This document shows positions 13,540 to 27,948 of a stretch of 64,000 bases of DNA, piece after piece; the first letter of the stretch is position 1; each line of letters starts with the position of its first letter. The stretch is from assembly GCA_964016885.1 (NCBI GenBank), contig OZ024741.1, positions 359,228,001 to 359,292,000 of the forward strand, written 5' to 3'. The translations under genes were made by a program, and so were the position numbers. This stretch comes from Eledone cirrhosa. Its lineage: Eukaryota. Below the pieces are notes generated by a model that did not search any database, had not been told where the DNA came from, and saw only the letters and a list, made by a program, of their open reading frames with translations.

Positions 13540-14548
13540 TAATAATAATAATTCGTTTCTGAATTTGTTTAGCAAGATTCTTTATCTGAAATCGTGTGTT
13601 GAAACCGATATTGTTATACTTTGGGAGGGTCATGTTGCCAATAAGAAACACACGCACCAGTTGCTTTCACTTCAATTTATTATATATTTATAAATTTATA
13701 AATTTACAAATCTACAAACTTATAAATTTCTGGTTGGTTGGTTGGTTCCACAACCAGATAGTTGTTTATATATAGTCATAGTCCTTTCGTCACACACTCT
13801 GTGACCTCTTCAGTGACTGGGGATTCCTTTCTTTGTTTCTGTGCCTTTCCTTTCTTCTGTCCTACGCCATTTTGTTTCTGTGTGTGTGTTGTGTGCTCAG
13901 TTTGCGCATGCGCCACATCCGGGTGTCTGTGTGTGTTTGTGTTCATTTATCTATTTGTTTATTTATTTACATGTTGTTGGTTGGTTGTTCATTGCATCTT
14001 TTCTGTGTGTGGATTCCACACACAGAAAAGATGCAATGTTTAGGCAAATTACAGAGGCAGTAAGCATAAAAGAATTACAACCAAAATTAAATAGAAAATA
14101 TGAGTGGAACAGCAACATCACAACTTACAATTAAGGACAAAATGAAAACACACACACACATAGAACAAACAACCAACCAACAACATGTAAATAAATAAAC
14201 AAATAGATAAATGAACACAAACACACACAGACACCCGGATGTGGCGCATGCGCAAACTGAGCACACAACACACACACAGAAACAAAATGGCGTAGGACAG
14301 AAGAAAGGAAAGGCACAGAAACAAAGAAAGGAATCCCCAGTCACTGAAGAGGTCACAGAGTGTGTGACGAAAGGACTATGACTATATATAAACAACTATC
14401 TGGTTGTGGAACCAACCAACCAACCAGAAATTTATAAGTTTGTAGATTTGTAAATTTATAAATTTATAAATATATAATAAATTGAAGTGAAAGCAACTGG
14501 TGCGTGTGTTTCTTATTGGCAACATGACCCTCCCAAAGTATAACAATA
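13540..14548 (+). mobile_element. Penelope-like element 3' end with inverted pseudo-LTR (381-bp perfect inverted repeat)
   Basis: Arms 13609-13989 and 14168-14548; spacer encodes RQITEAVSIKELQPKLNRKYEW (GIY-YIG C-terminal pattern); hammerhead in each arm; diverged related copy at ~12240-12450. Confidence 0.8.
14339..14383 (+). ncRNA. Minimal type-I hammerhead ribozyme (mirror copy 13774-13818 on -)
   Basis: AGTCA-CTGAAGA-G-GTCACA(gagtg)TGTGAC-GAAA-GGAC-TA-TGACT. Confidence 0.7.
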
Positions 14549-15389
14549 ATAATAATGATTTCATTTATTGGCCACAAGGGCCGACATATAGGGTACAATA
14601 CAAAGACAGGGACAGTAGGAGTTTACAATAAGGTCAAGTAAAAGTGCACAATGGGAAGACTAATTTAACAATGAAGATATGAAATAAAATAAACTATGTA
14701 TAAATATAACTAAATAAATTCCCCTCAGGGGTGACTCAGGTACCCCACCAATCCTGAACCATCCTGTGCTTCTAGGGCACTCAAGGAGAGCACCCCTCTC
14801 CTCCTCAAATTAGCTGGCCTATAGGCGCATGGTCAGAGTAGGCCCATAATAATAATAATGAAATTATTGTGTATAGTGTTCAGGTGCACTACAGCTCATC
14901 AAAGGTGCATGTATAGTACATAGAATAATGTACAAATGTCAGGAAAATGAACACTGTATGAGTCATGATATACATGTGTGCATATGTATAGAGGAGGGCA
15001 TCAGGTGTAGTGTTGGCGAATCTCAGGAAGCATGGAGGTTTTAAAGGATACAGTGTCTCGACAGCTAACAACTGATGCAGCTTTGGTGTTGGCTGTTGTT
15101 TGTATGAATTGTGTACCTTGTTCCAGGTAGATATGTGAATTTGCAATCACTGTTTATGCATAATCTGTTGCACATTAAATAGCAGCATATTTTCGGATTG
15201 CAGATGTGTGCTGTGACAGATTTCAATTTGTGTATGTTTTGCAAAATTTTCCTGAGGCTGTGAGATATGTTTATGGTTTGAGATGGGGGTGGGGAGGCAG
15301 AGAGGACAGCTTCACCATTGACTGCAGTGATACTATTAGCAGTACAGGATTGCAACAATGATGATAATTGGTTTCTTGAGGGAGGCAGT

Positions 15390-15990
15390 GAGATAGGGCT
15401 GCTTCATCACTAAGACACAGGCTGGTCCTCCCAACATGCCACTCTCAATGACATATTGAGAAGGAGCTTGGACACAGCTGGCTTCCCATCACAACTAGAG
15501 CTAGCAGGCCTCGACTGTAGAAACAAAAAGTACCCAAATGGACTTACCCTCTTCCCATTCAAATGGGGTAGATCCCTCATCTGGGACACATGTTGCGACA
15601 CATTCGCCACCTCCAACTTAGTCGCTTCATCCACAAATCCTGGTACTGCGGCCTGCAATGCAGAGGAAAGGAACACAAACAAACACCGGGGATTGTCTGG
15701 TCACTTCCTCTTTGCACCGGTCACCATCGGAACCTCGGACGTACTTGGACATTGTACTACCAAGCTTCTCCACAAGATTGGAACACCAGCAGCCCATCTA
15801 AGAAAGGGGCCCCGTGGGGTGGCTTTTGCGGCAGGTGTTGCTGGCTATTGTCAGCGGAAATTCCTCTTGCAGTCTTGTCCACAGGGTGCTGTCCAAACAC
15901 TGCTGCGACCTAGGCCTAGAGCCCATCAACCCTCCCCAATCTTCTGTGACCCCAGAGGCCTTACCCTTCCCTTCATTTTCCGTTTTTAAA
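15390..15990 (+). mobile_element. CRE-like non-LTR retrotransposon fragment (restriction-like endonuclease)
   Basis: PNGLTLFPFKWGRSLIWDTCCDTFA...GTAACNAEERN matches the RPDG..WD.T..D..A..AE..K RLE pattern. Confidence 0.7.
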
Positions 15991-18249
15991 TATCTGTAGT
16001 GTTGTTATTATTTGAAATATTTTCTTTGAATTTAAACATTTAAATTATTTAATTTTTAAGTTTAATAAATTATATTTTAAACTGTTAAAAAAATTGGAGT
16101 GGTAGTACCTCTATATGGTAATATGGATTTTAGTCATTATTGACATCAACACCCTTATCTCGTTACCAATAACACCAATACCACCATCATAAACGCCAGC
16201 CCCCACAGACAACACCACCACTCCACCAACAACATTGCACTCCTATCACCACCACAAACAACTCCAACAATATTTGGTACTTTATTTCGACCCCGTAAGG
16301 ATGAACGGCAAATTAACCTCGGTGGGATTTGAACTCAGAATGTAAAGGATGCCGCATAGCATGTCCGACGCTCTTCCGATACTGCCAACCCAACTGTCAC
16401 CAAAATGGCAAAAAAAAAAATTTGGTTGATGTCCGATGACCATCAACCGAAACCGATACACACACACACATATATTATATAAAGTAGAATTTGTTAGACG
16501 ACATAAAGTGGGGAAGCCCGTTGTATATATGTGTGCGTGTGTTTATGTCCAGTAACTTACAAAAAAATAGAGATCGATAAAATAAGTACAAGACGCGGAA
16601 AAAATACATTCTGAAGTCGATATTACCGATTAAATAAAGCCAGTGCCCTAACAACATAACCTCAGCCCAATGACTACCAAAAGAGGGTCAAATAACACAT
16701 TGGAATTGATTTGCCTTAAACTGGTGATTGAAACTGACGAGTTTATTTTACAATTTTTCTGGTGTAAGTTTTGGTTTTATTTTTTTTTAATGAGTGTTTT
16801 TATATATATATATAAGACTATTTTTTATTTGGTTTGAATTTTTCTAGTGATTTTTGCTTATAAATATATGTATATTGCTGTCAGGCAGTTGTGGCTAATG
16901 AACTGTTTTTTTAATTAGAACATTACATGATCCCAATGCCACGGACCTCTCAACAAGCTGATATCTACACACCGTATATATAGTACTATGCTGCTCTTGT
17001 ATAAACACTACAGATTTCTCTCATTTGCATTTTTAGCAGTTTTTACGTAATATTAATAACATAGAGAAAGTTTGTATGATTGTGCAAGCTTAACATGTAG
17101 TAGTTAACATTATGTTATTACTGGTGTAAAGTTTATGTATGTTTATTGTGAAAATCTGGCGTTATTTCGCTGTTATTGCAATGTAAGTGTTAGAAAGTTA
17201 TTTGCTGTGAGGCTTATCAAGGTTACTTAACTATCAGCCTTTTTACGTCCTACTTTATTTACTTCCTTTTCTTTTCTTTCGTTTTGTGGTAATCAGCTTA
17301 TTTATTTAATATGTATGTGTATATGTGTGTATGTATATACATATGTATGTACATATGTATGTACGTACGTACAAACATACATACATGCATGCATGCATAG
17401 ACCACGAAGCTGTTTTAGGTGGCAGGGACTAATAAAAAGGCGCATCCGCACACACATAATCATCACCATCATTACTGTTTAACATCGATTTTCCATCCTT
17501 CCATGGCTTAGATGTGCTGAGACCATACTGGTCAGGTGACTAGGTCCTGCTCATATGCTTGTTTCTGCTTGGTTTCTATGGCTTAATACCCATCCTAATG
17601 CCAACCACTTTACAGCATGTACTGGAAGCTAGTTGTCTAGAGATAGATGCCCTTTCTAATGCCAAACACTTAACAGTGTGTACTGAGTGCATGGTTTCTA
17701 TAGCTCAATACTCTTCCCAACAGTAACAACTTTACAGAGTGTACTGGGAGCATTTTATTGTTATTCTGATACTACTAGCTTACAATACTATTTCATTACA
17801 GCACTAAAGTGTCAGTGTACACAGTTTTACAGGACAGGGTGAGGCTGGGATACCAGCAATGTATTACTTGGAGATGGGGGTAGGGGTCTTTGTGGTGTCT
17901 GGTTTCCCTAAAAAGGTGGGAGGGTCATTTATATACTGCTTGGAGCAAGTAGTTGGGTGGGAGGTGTGTGTCATTCTGGAATGTGCCAGGCTTTCCTGGG
18001 TTGAGAAAGTGTTGGAGTGTAAGGATTCAGCAGGGAAGGTGTATCAGTCGAGGTTCATTCTAGCTTTCAATGCTAGCATGGGTTGAGCGAAGAAGTCAGG
18101 ACTATAGTGGCAAGTAACAAACTCTCTGTATCTCTGGGTTTAGAGTGAAGGGAATCAGGTGCATGTTGGAAGGGATTTCAGGAGTATACTGGCAGGTGGG
18201 AGATAGGACTATGCTTCTTCAGTTTTAGGGAGATAGGTGGGTTAACCAT

Positions 18250-19330
18250 CCTCCTTGTGTTGCTTTATACCACTTGCATTGGATAATGAGTTCCTAGTGT
18301 TATGGAATATCACCAGTTATTTTGGTCCTAGGTCATCTCTTTGTGAGATTCAGCTGCATGAGGTCAACCCTCATCACATCCCAGGTTTTCCGAGGTCTTC
18401 CCCTTCCAAAGGTTCCTTTGACTTTTGCATTTCTTTATGCAGCTGTCATCCTTCATATACATTACAAGTCCATACCACCGTAGTCTCGTCTCCTGCACAT
18501 TGCACCTGGTGACTCTTATGCCCAGTTTTTATCTTCAGCTCATTGATACTTCGTCGCTCATGTATACTACTATAACATATCCATTGGGTCCTTACTTTGA
18601 CTACTGTACTTTTGGAACACCCAGCTCCACTGCTAATTTGGTCCTCTAGGTAACAGAAGTTACTGACTATTTCTAGGAAGCTCACAGAACATTTGTATCC
18701 TGTGTGCTTTTGTTGCTTATTGCTCCTGTGCATCAGCTACATACAAAGCCTACATTCTCTACTAGCCTGCCAGCAATCCCACTACATATTTTGTGTACCC
18801 AAAGCTTACATTTTGTATATAAGATGGAATTTCTGCCTACTCTTTTCCTGCATACTGAGCAAAGCCCTTTCCCTGAAGGAATCAGGGCCTTGTTTTCTTT
18901 TTAACTTACTTGGACTTTGATCTTTGCTAGGTTAACTTTGAGGTCTTTTGATTCCAGGTTTAGCTTCCATGTCTGGAATTACTTCTGTAGTTCTGCTGCA
19001 GTTTCAGCTATGGGGACTAGATCATCTGCATATAAGAGTTCTCACAGGCAGCCAGTTTTAAACCCTTCGGTTATAGCTTGAAGGACAATAATAAACAGGA
19101 GGAGACTGAGGACAAAGCCCTGGTGGATCCTCACCTTCATACTAAATTCGTCACTATATTCATTGTTGACTCTAAACTTACTGACTGCACCTCTGTGCAT
19201 GTCTTGTACCACCCTTACCAGCCATTCTGCTACCTCTAGTTTCCTAAGAGACCACAAGATTATGGAGCAGAGAACCCTCTCAAAAAGTTTTTCCAAATCA
19301 ACAAATGCTCAGTAAGGGGTCTTACTCTGA
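18250..19330 (-). mobile_element. Decayed RTE-clade LINE fragment
   Basis: WSLRKLEVAEWLVR...HQGFVLSLLLFIIVLQAIT...LLYADDL, homologous to the element at 40-43 kb. Confidence 0.85.
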
Positions 19331-21856
19331 GCTTGGTACTCTATGCTCTTCAACACCACTGTGATCACTATGTGTGATGTGGAAAATATTCTATCAATAT
19401 TGCCCAAATGATGTTGGCGTCACCTTTAAATTCCAGCCAAGACTTCGTTCCCGTGCTATCTGTCCACTACAAAAATCAAACTCGCATCTCATAGCAACGA
19501 TATGACACAGCTACTTCACCTCAACTGGTCCTGCTCTTTTTAATTCTAGACCAAAATACATCGAGATCTCATAAAATTCAAAAGTTCCCTGGATATGTCC
19601 CCCTGCACCTGGATATGTCCCCCAAAACAACAACACTTTACTAGAGTGGGCAATGCTATCCAAAACATGACTAGGTTGTGAACCTATAATCTGAAAGACT
19701 TTGCCAGGTGTCCCTTTTGCACAAGAGCCAATAGTATCGATCTTAAAGCAATGAAACAATGTATCTCTAGCGATAGACTGATGAGTTGGGACGGTCTGCT
19801 TTTCGATCATGTTTTTGATGTTCGTTTTTCAGTCTATAAATTTTTTTATAAATATATATGTGTGTATACATATATATATACATATATATATATAGAGAGA
19901 GGGGGGGGGGAGAAAGAGAGGGGAGGGTGTTAGATAATATATAAAGTTGTATAAGGGGGGTTAACTTAACTTCCATTAAAATATAGCAAGACAAAAATTT
20001 CACATATCTAGAAATTACAGTATTTGTCAATGTATGTGAGAACATCAGTTCAAAGTGAGACATTGCCAACTCAAAGTGAGATAAAGGATTTCGAAATGAG
20101 ACTTTACGACATGAAATTGAGAATAACGATTTCAAAATGAGAATAGCACAAAAAGATTTGTCTATGGTATTTGAGAGACGAACAGAGTATGAAATAACAT
20201 CGTAATATTATTTGTAATGTCAACAACATGAACCAGTTTAATAATGGTTTCTACTTTAGGCACAAAGCAAGCAATTTGAAGGGGGTGGGGGTGTTGATTA
20301 AATCGACCTCAGTGCATTACTGGTGCTTTTTTTATAGACCCAGTAAGGATGAAAGGCAAAGCTAACCTTTCATGTTGTTGACATTACAAATAAAGGGGTG
20401 AACCAGTTTAATAATTGTTTCTACTTTTGGCACAAGGCCAGCAATTATACCAATGCATTACTGGTACTTTATTTTATCGACCCCGTAAGGATGAAAGGCA
20501 AAGTTAACCTCGGCGGGATTTGAACTCAGACCGTAAAGGGGCCGTAACTCTATGCTGCAAAGCATGGCGTCCAACCCCATACCGATTTAATAATGAGGCA
20601 GTGCTTTCAAGTGTAAACAGCAATGGCATTAATCCACAATCAACAAACTATGAACTGACAGTGAACAACGTTAGACACTTGTGTCTACTTTGTACATGTT
20701 CATTTGATGCTGTTTGTCTGGGTCTGGGTATTACAAAAACACTGTTCAGAGAATATGCAGTTTAATCCATAAATACAGACCTGTCAACTCACTCCTTCGG
20801 GCGGGAAGATCTCCTACACACTTTGGGGTGGGTGACAGATGTCTGTCTTGTGAAAATGGCTATAGCTTTTATTATGTAAAATCTCACCATTTTTCCGCAT
20901 TTCTCCCAGTTTTGGGGCACCTTTATGTCATAGTACTCCCCATTTGTGTTTTTAGAGTTTGATAGGTCTATAAATGATCTGGCGTTGCATTGTGATTAAA
21001 AAGAACGTCTTTCCGTTTTGATTTGTTTATAATATCATATTTTTCAACTGATAAAATCTTTTCCTGTTACATTTGCTCTATTAGAAGATACATTATGTAT
21101 TCTTGGCTAATAGTATTAAGTAGGTTTAGGTTTTGTGTATGTGAAGAGAGCTCACTATGAAATCGCTATCTCAATTTGAAATGAAATACCCTGACTTGGG
21201 ACTACAAATGCTGTAGTAGTAATCTGTGTGTTCCAAAATAAAATAAAGTAATTGAAATTTGTAAATTTGAATAAAATTGTGGAAATTTAATCTAAATTCA
21301 TAAAATAAGGATCCTGTACAAAACTTTTGACCTTTCGCAGCAACACTAATCAAGGGGAGGTAACTATGATATACTTTCTGTATTTACATATTTTGGTACG
21401 TAGTGTTAGTAAACGGTTTCGACGATGAGTGAATTAGTTGTTCGAACAACGGAACGAAACCGCATGTCTACTTGAGAAATTACGTGCTAGTGACAGACAC
21501 GTGTACCCGTAACATAATTCTCAGGGAGATTAAGCATGACACAAGGTGCGACAACACTATCATGTAGTGTAAATCGCTGTGCATCTACAATTGCATGTAC
21601 CCTCGGAGAAGTTCTAAGGCAGATTCAGCTTGACACAAAGTCTGATAAAGTTGACTCTTTGAATTACATGTGCAACTCATTTTTCTAGCTGGGTGGACTG
21701 GAACTGCCTAAAATAAAGTGTGTTGCTCAAGAATTCAACGCACCATCAGGAATCAAACCCAACCTTACGATTGTGAACCAAATACTCTAACCATTTAGCC
21801 AAGTATCTTCATGAAAATAACAATACTGACCAGTCGAATGATCTACACCATAGGCA

Positions 21857-22023
21857 CAGTGCCGGATTTACTATTGTGCTTAGGTGTGCTTAAACACAGG
21901 GCCCTGTGGCCAGTTGGGGGCCCATCTTCTTGCCAACAAAACTTTTTACCTCCTTCATGGACTAAGTAAGGGGCCTCATAACTTAACTAGCACAAAGCCT
22001 CAATTGTCCTAAATCCGGCACTG
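21857..22023. mobile_element. hAT-type MITE
   Basis: TIR cagtgccggattta / taaatccggcactg; 8-bp TSD cataggca/aataggca. Confidence 0.8.
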
Positions 22024-22602
22024 AATAGGCACAAGGCGGAATATGTTGGAAATGGAAATGAAAGCAAAGACCTTGAACAAATACAACAACAATTATGCCT
22101 ATTCGCTGCCCACAAAACAACTAACAATAATAGTTTTATAATTTAGACTTGAAACTGACAAATAATATAAGGGAAGGGAAAGTCGAATATATCAAAACCA
22201 GGACATTACTGGTACTTTATTTTATTGTCCCTAGAAGGGCGAAAGGCAATGTTAACCTTAGCAGGATTTGAACTCAGAATGTAAAGAGCCAGAACAAATA
22301 CTACAAAGGATTTCTTCGATGCTCTAATGGTTCTACCAATCCACTATCCTACAACTTATTATAATATATTACATAACTTTGCCTTTCATCCTTACGGGGT
22401 CGATAAAATAAAGTACCAGTAATGTACTGGGTAATTGCTTGTCTTGTGCCAAATGTAGAAACAATTATAATATATTACATACATACGTACATACATAGAA
22501 TTATATATCTTCTTTTTTGATCCCCATAACTCCTGGTGGACATACAGCATTTCATGAGTATTTTTTTAACTTGGCAGAGCCCATCTACTCTCTAGGTCTG
22601 AA

Positions 22603-23004
22603 TATAACGGGTTTTAGGGTCAATTCTTAATATACATAATAGAGATCAGAAGGCATTTAGAACATTGACTAAATCCATTATCGATGTTGTAACTCTATTT
22701 ATTAGTTGTACAGGTTGAACGGATACATTAGGTACAGGTCGTATCTACATGTGTAGGATGTAGTTTGGTCCGCTTCATTGCAAGATGGAGATGTTGTTAG
22801 CAGCGAGGAGTGTAGCCTGGTCTTGTCGATAAGAGAGGTGCGTGTAGACTAATGTCTCTCTTGGTCACCTCCGCTCACCTGGTGACGTAGTTCTGGACAG
22901 TCCAATTAGTGCACCGAAGGTTTCGATTGGCTCACACTTCAGCCAACTTACCTCCGTAACACCATTCCGCCGCAGAAGGAAAATACATTTCATTCACTGC
23001 TACA
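22603..23004 (-). repeat. 3' LTR of Gypsy copy 1
   Basis: 402 bp, preceded on - by polypurine tract aagcagggggtga. Confidence 0.95.
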
Positions 23005-23226
23005 TCACCCCCTGCTTAGGCTTACAGCCGACAGAGAAATAAGGGTAGCAGTTGAATGAAAGAAAAAGTACTATATAATAGTAAACACAATAAAATATAT
23101 CACCGATAAAGAAATGTTCATATTACAGGAAAGTCAGAAATAGTGTAATGTTCACCTTAGTTCATACATTTAATACAAATACAAGGGCGGAGCAAACTCC
23201 AAGAAGATTGCTGTAAATAACATAGT

Positions 23227-26200
23227 TCATATATAAAGAGTCTTGCAAAGCTTCTTGGGCCAATGTACTCGCCGACCGCTACGTGTGGTGGTGACATATG
23301 TAGGTGTAGGTGTGTGCGATGTTATATGTGTATTGTGGCTTGGCTGATGCCAGGTGTATGTGGGGGGAAAATGGGGCTCTTGTGTGAGAGTGTCTGTATA
23401 GGCCCGTTTTACCCTGTCAATGGACACAGTCTCTTTTTTACCCCCAATGTCTAAGGTGAATAGCTTATCTGTGCGCTCAAGCACGCGATAGGGACCGGTA
23501 TAAGGTGGCATGAGAGGAGCTCTCACGGCGTCCTTTCGTAAAAAGACGTGGGTCCATGAAGCAATGTCTTTCGGGACCGAAGATTTGATTGTCTGTTGGC
23601 GAGGGTGCATAGGCGGAAGATTGCTGAAATATGATTGCAGTCTGCTCACATACAGAGCTGGGTCTGTTGCTGGTAGGTCCAATGGAGCTAACATCTGACC
23701 AGGCAGAGATATAGGCACTCCGTAAACCAACTCGGCGGGGGAGTAGCCTAGATCTTCCTTGATGGCTGCACGACAGCCCAGGAGGACAATTGGTACATAT
23801 TCGCTCCACTGCTGATCCGGATAAGCGCGCAGTGCGGCTTTCAATTGGCGGTGGAAGCGTTCAATCATTCCGTTAGAAGCTGGATGGTAGCTGGTCGTTC
23901 GAATGCGTTGCATTCCCAGGATCCTTGAAAGCTCTCGGAAAAGGTGTGACTCAAATTGTCCACCGCGGTCAGTGGTGATAGTGGCTGGAACTCCGTAACG
24001 CGATATCCAACCCGATACTAGAGCTCGCGCCACAGATTCCGCCGAAATGTCACTTAAAGGAATGGCTTCAGGCCAACGTGTGAAGCGATCTATGCAGGTC
24101 AGGAGGTATGTAAATCCTCGGCTGACCGGCCATGGTCCGACAAGATCTATATGGACATGGCTGAACCTAGCGTCTGGAGTGCTGAAAGTTCCAAGGGGTG
24201 CGCGGATGTGTTTGTGCACCTTTGACTTTTGGCAGGATAGGCAGGAACGTGTCCAGGCAGTGATGTCACGCCTCATATTAGGCCAGAAGAATCTAGCCGA
24301 AATGAGCTTCACTGTGGTCGATATTCCAGGGTGTGCCAGACCGTGCAAGGTGTCGAAAACTGCTCGACGATGAGTCACTGGCACTAGAGGGCGAGGTGCA
24401 TCTGTCGAGGTGTCGCAGATAATCTGTGTCCGAAGTGGGCACAGGCAGATATGCAAATTTGCCAGTTGCAAATTCAGAAGACGAGAGGTCCAAAGTATCC
24501 AGAGGTGGTTGTTCTGTGGCCATTCGTTGGAGGTCGATTTCCGCTGGCGATGACAGGGAATTAATTGGGAGGCGAGACAGTGCATCTGCCGCCGCATTCT
24601 GTTCACCAGAGATGTGTCGGATATCGCTGGTAAATTGCGAAACGAAGTCCAAGTGGCGAGTTTCGCGAGGTGAATATTTGTCCGGCTTAGAACGCAGTGC
24701 GAACGTAAGCGGACGGTGGTCAGTGTATATAACAAATTGGCGACCCTCCAGTGAATGCCGAAAGTGTTTCACTGCAAGGTACATAGCCAAGAGTTCACGG
24801 CCGAATGTGCTATACCGTGTTTCTGCAGGCTTCAGCTGTTTAGAAAAGTAGGCAAGAGGTTGTAACTGTTGTTGGTGATGTTGTTGCAGTACTGCACCTA
24901 CAGCTGTGCCTGATGCATCAACAACCAGTGAAAACTGGGCACCAGACACAGGATGTGCAAGCAGTGATGTCTCCGCAAGCTTCCGCAAGCTTCGTCGAAG
25001 GCTTTTAGCTGATTCGTGTCCAATGAAATGGAATCGTTCTTCTTTTTCCTGTTACATAACAGGTCGGACAGAGGAGACAGGAGATCCGCACAGTGTGGGA
25101 TAAAGCGCCTGTAATAGTTCAGTAGCCCAAGGAAATGTCGTAGTTGACGAAGTGAAGTGGGTGGTTGGAGGTCTTGTACCGCTTTCACTTTATCAGGTAG
25201 TGGCGAAATTCCTTCTGGGCTGATGACATGGCCCAAGAAGACAAGTGAGGAAGCACCGAAAACACATTTTGCCGGATTAATTCTCACTTGGTATTTTTGA
25301 AATCTCTCGAACAGGAGACGGAGGTGATTGACATGTTCCTCAGGTGAGGCACTTGCCACAAGAATGTCGTCGATGTAGTTGTACACGAAGTCTAAATCGC
25401 GCACAACCTCATCCATAAATCGTTGGAACGTGCTGGCTGCGTTTCGCAAACCGAAAGGCATGGTCAAAAATTCAAACGCTCCAAATGGAGTTGTTACTGC
25501 AGTTTTAGGTATGTCTGCCGGGTTCACCGGGATTTGGTGGTATGCTTTGACCAAATCCAATTTGGAGAATATGTTGCATCCATGCAGCGAAGATGCAAAA
25601 TCCTGTATGTGTGGTATCGGGTAGCGGTCGGGTACCGTCATTGCATTTAACCGGCGAAAGTCCCCAGTGGGACGCCAATCACCGGAACGCTTTGGTACCA
25701 AATGCAAGGGTGCGGCCCACGGGCTTGAGGATGGGCGAATGATCCCGAGCTGCAGCATTGCATTCATGATTGAATTCAGCCTTTGCGGCCTTCAGTTTCT
25801 CAGCAGAGAGACGGCGAGGGCGCGAAAACACAGGAGCTCCGGATGTTTCAATGTGGTGCTTGGTGGAGTGAGTAGGCTCACTCATCACAAAATTCAAATT
25901 TGTTAATTCCGGGAAGGAATGCAAAAGTGATTGGTAAGGATTTTCTGTAGCAGCGATAAAGAAGACCGGGCTGACCGACGAGACAGTCGATCTGGTACCC
26001 GGCACAGACAGTTCTGTGTTGGCATCCAACAACCGGCGTCTGCGCATATCCACTATCAAGTTATAGTGGTGCAGGAAATCTGAGCCTAGGATGGGGTAAG
26101 GCAGATCAGCAACAGTGAAGATCCACGTGAAATCTCTACGCAATTCCAGGTTCAAAGAACGAGAAATCTGACCGTACGTGGGGATCGGTGACTGGTTTAC

Positions 26201-26407
26201 TGCTTGCAGAGAGACGGTTGAGAGTTGGGGCTTCTCTTTGAGAAGTTTTAGCGGCCAAATGCTACAAGCCGCGCCGGTGTCGATCAGACAACGTGCTTGC
26301 GACTCAGTGTCTGTGATGAAAAACACACGGTTATTAGGGAGGGTCAGAGGAGACTGTGCCGTGCTCAGGTCTCCTGAAATCTGTTTCCCTGGTCTGAAAA
26401 TGTACAA
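23227..26407 (-). pseudogene. pol: pol of Gypsy copy 1, three frameshifts
   Basis: LIDTGA protease, YIDD RT, RNase H, HHCC/DDE integrase; +7 nt at ~25765, shared shift at ~24985, 2-nt deletion at ~24425 relative to copy 2. Confidence 0.93.
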
Positions 26408-27273
26408 GGCTGTTTACAGGAGCGTGCTACTGCGCCAAAACGGCTGTGGTAGTAACACAAACCTGAACTGCTTGTGTGACGGCGTCGTGGCGAGGGTGAA
26501 CGGCTCTGGAAACGGCGTCTGGGCGAATGAGCCCTGTGAGTGCTTAGTTTTCTCACTTCCTTGGTTAGCTGCTCTATTGCTTGCAGCATTGCTGCATTTG
26601 CAAGTGACTGGTCGGTATAACTGGCAGCCGCTGGAGTGAAGGAAGCGACCGCAGTCGGCGGCTGGGATGCATTGAAGGAGACAGGAGCGAACGGATTGAC
26701 CGCAGCCGGTGGCTGGGGTGCCTGGAAGGAGGCAGGAGAGAACGGATTGACCGCAGCCGGTGGCTGAGGTGCCTGGAAGGGGGCAAATGAGGCTGGGTGT
26801 CCGATGACACTCATAACCCTGTCGGCCGAAGCCGCTAGCTGGTCGACAGGAGCAGCCTCCATCATGGGCGCTAAGATCGCCTGAACTCCGGGGGGTAGCC
26901 TTGAGACAAAAAGCTGTCTAAGGAGGGCACTGTCAGCTGGGGCATCTTCCGCCAGCTCTCTCATCCGACGCAGTAGTTGTGTGGGCGTCCGATCACCCAA
27001 ATGTTCGTCATTGACGAGCGTCTGAAATTTTTTTTCTGCAGACAATGTGGTCCGCCGCAACACTTCGAGCTTCACGCTCTCATAGGAGGCCCCAGGGCGA
27101 GGATCGGTAATTAAGTCTTTGACGACCGACGTCAATGACGCTGGAAAAGCGCTTAACAGGAGATTTAACTGTCTGTGGTCACTGGTGATGTTATTCGCTG
27201 TGAAATGTGCTTCTATCTGGGCGAACCAGACAGTGACGTCACCGGTAAACGGTGGCAATGAAGTGCTACCCAT
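26365..27273 (-). CDS. gag: Gag of Gypsy copy 1
   Basis: Intact ORF from ATG 27273; LPPF...WFAQIEA capsid motif; [18 protein letters not shown] knuckle. Confidence 0.92.
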   Translation of the reverse strand: MGSTSLPPFTGDVTVWFAQIEAHFTANNITSDHRQLNLLLSAFPASLTSVVKDLITDPRPGASYESVKLEVLRRTTLSAEKKFQTLVNDEHLGDRTPTQLLRRMRELAEDAPADSALLRQLFVSRLPPGVQAILAPMMEAAPVDQLAASADRVMSVIGHPASFAPFQAPQPPAAVNPFSPASFQAPQPPAAVNPFAPVSFNASQPPTAVASFTPAAASYTDQSLANAAMLQAIEQLTKEVRKLSTHRAHSPRRRFQSRSPSPRRRHTSSSGLCYYHSRFGAVARSCKQPCTFSDQGNRFQET

Positions 27274-27948
27274 TGTGTATACTGATGTAAAAGCAAAGGG
27301 CAAAGAAAGGACAACTCTGCACTTGTCACCGAGACAAAAGTGAAAACTCAGGCCAAGAAAAAATATAATCCGAGTGAAAGACAGAAAAAGAAAAATATAT
27401 CAAAAACAATGTTCGAGGGAAAAACGTCAAGCTTTAAAAAAAAAAATTATGATTTATCTTTGTCCTATTATTATTTTTTTTTTTTTTTTTTGTGTACTTT
27501 TCAAAATGGCGTTGCCTCCGTCATTTTGGCGGGAAAACAGCTGAAGAAGACGGAAGTCGGCCATCTTGCTCTGACCGGCTATCAGCGCCAACAGTTTTTT
27601 TTAGTTTTTTTATAGCGTCGCCCAATCAGAAATTTAGAGGGAAAAATAAGATTTTTGTATTAACGCATGTGTTCGGTGATGTTAGAAAGTGAAGGTGTGA
27701 TGTGCAGATTTAGTAACAATAAGACAATATATCAAATACATATTAGGACTCACGCTAATCGCGTACATACCCCGAGAAAAGGCGAGTGGCTTTGTTTTTT
27801 TGTTTTTTTTTTGGGGGGGGGGGATGCGAAATGTTGATGTGTTCGTTGCAACGGAAAGATGTGGTTTCTTCTGTGTTGATGTCCTTAAACGTTCGGGTCA
27901 CCATTTATAATGTGATTTGTTGTATCGTATCACGTCGGGGTCACCATT

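Noticed and set aside
16730-17300. Possible small exons or UTR of another host gene in non-repetitive sequence
   Set aside because: No recognisable ORF or phase-consistent exon chain; cannot be supported without transcript data
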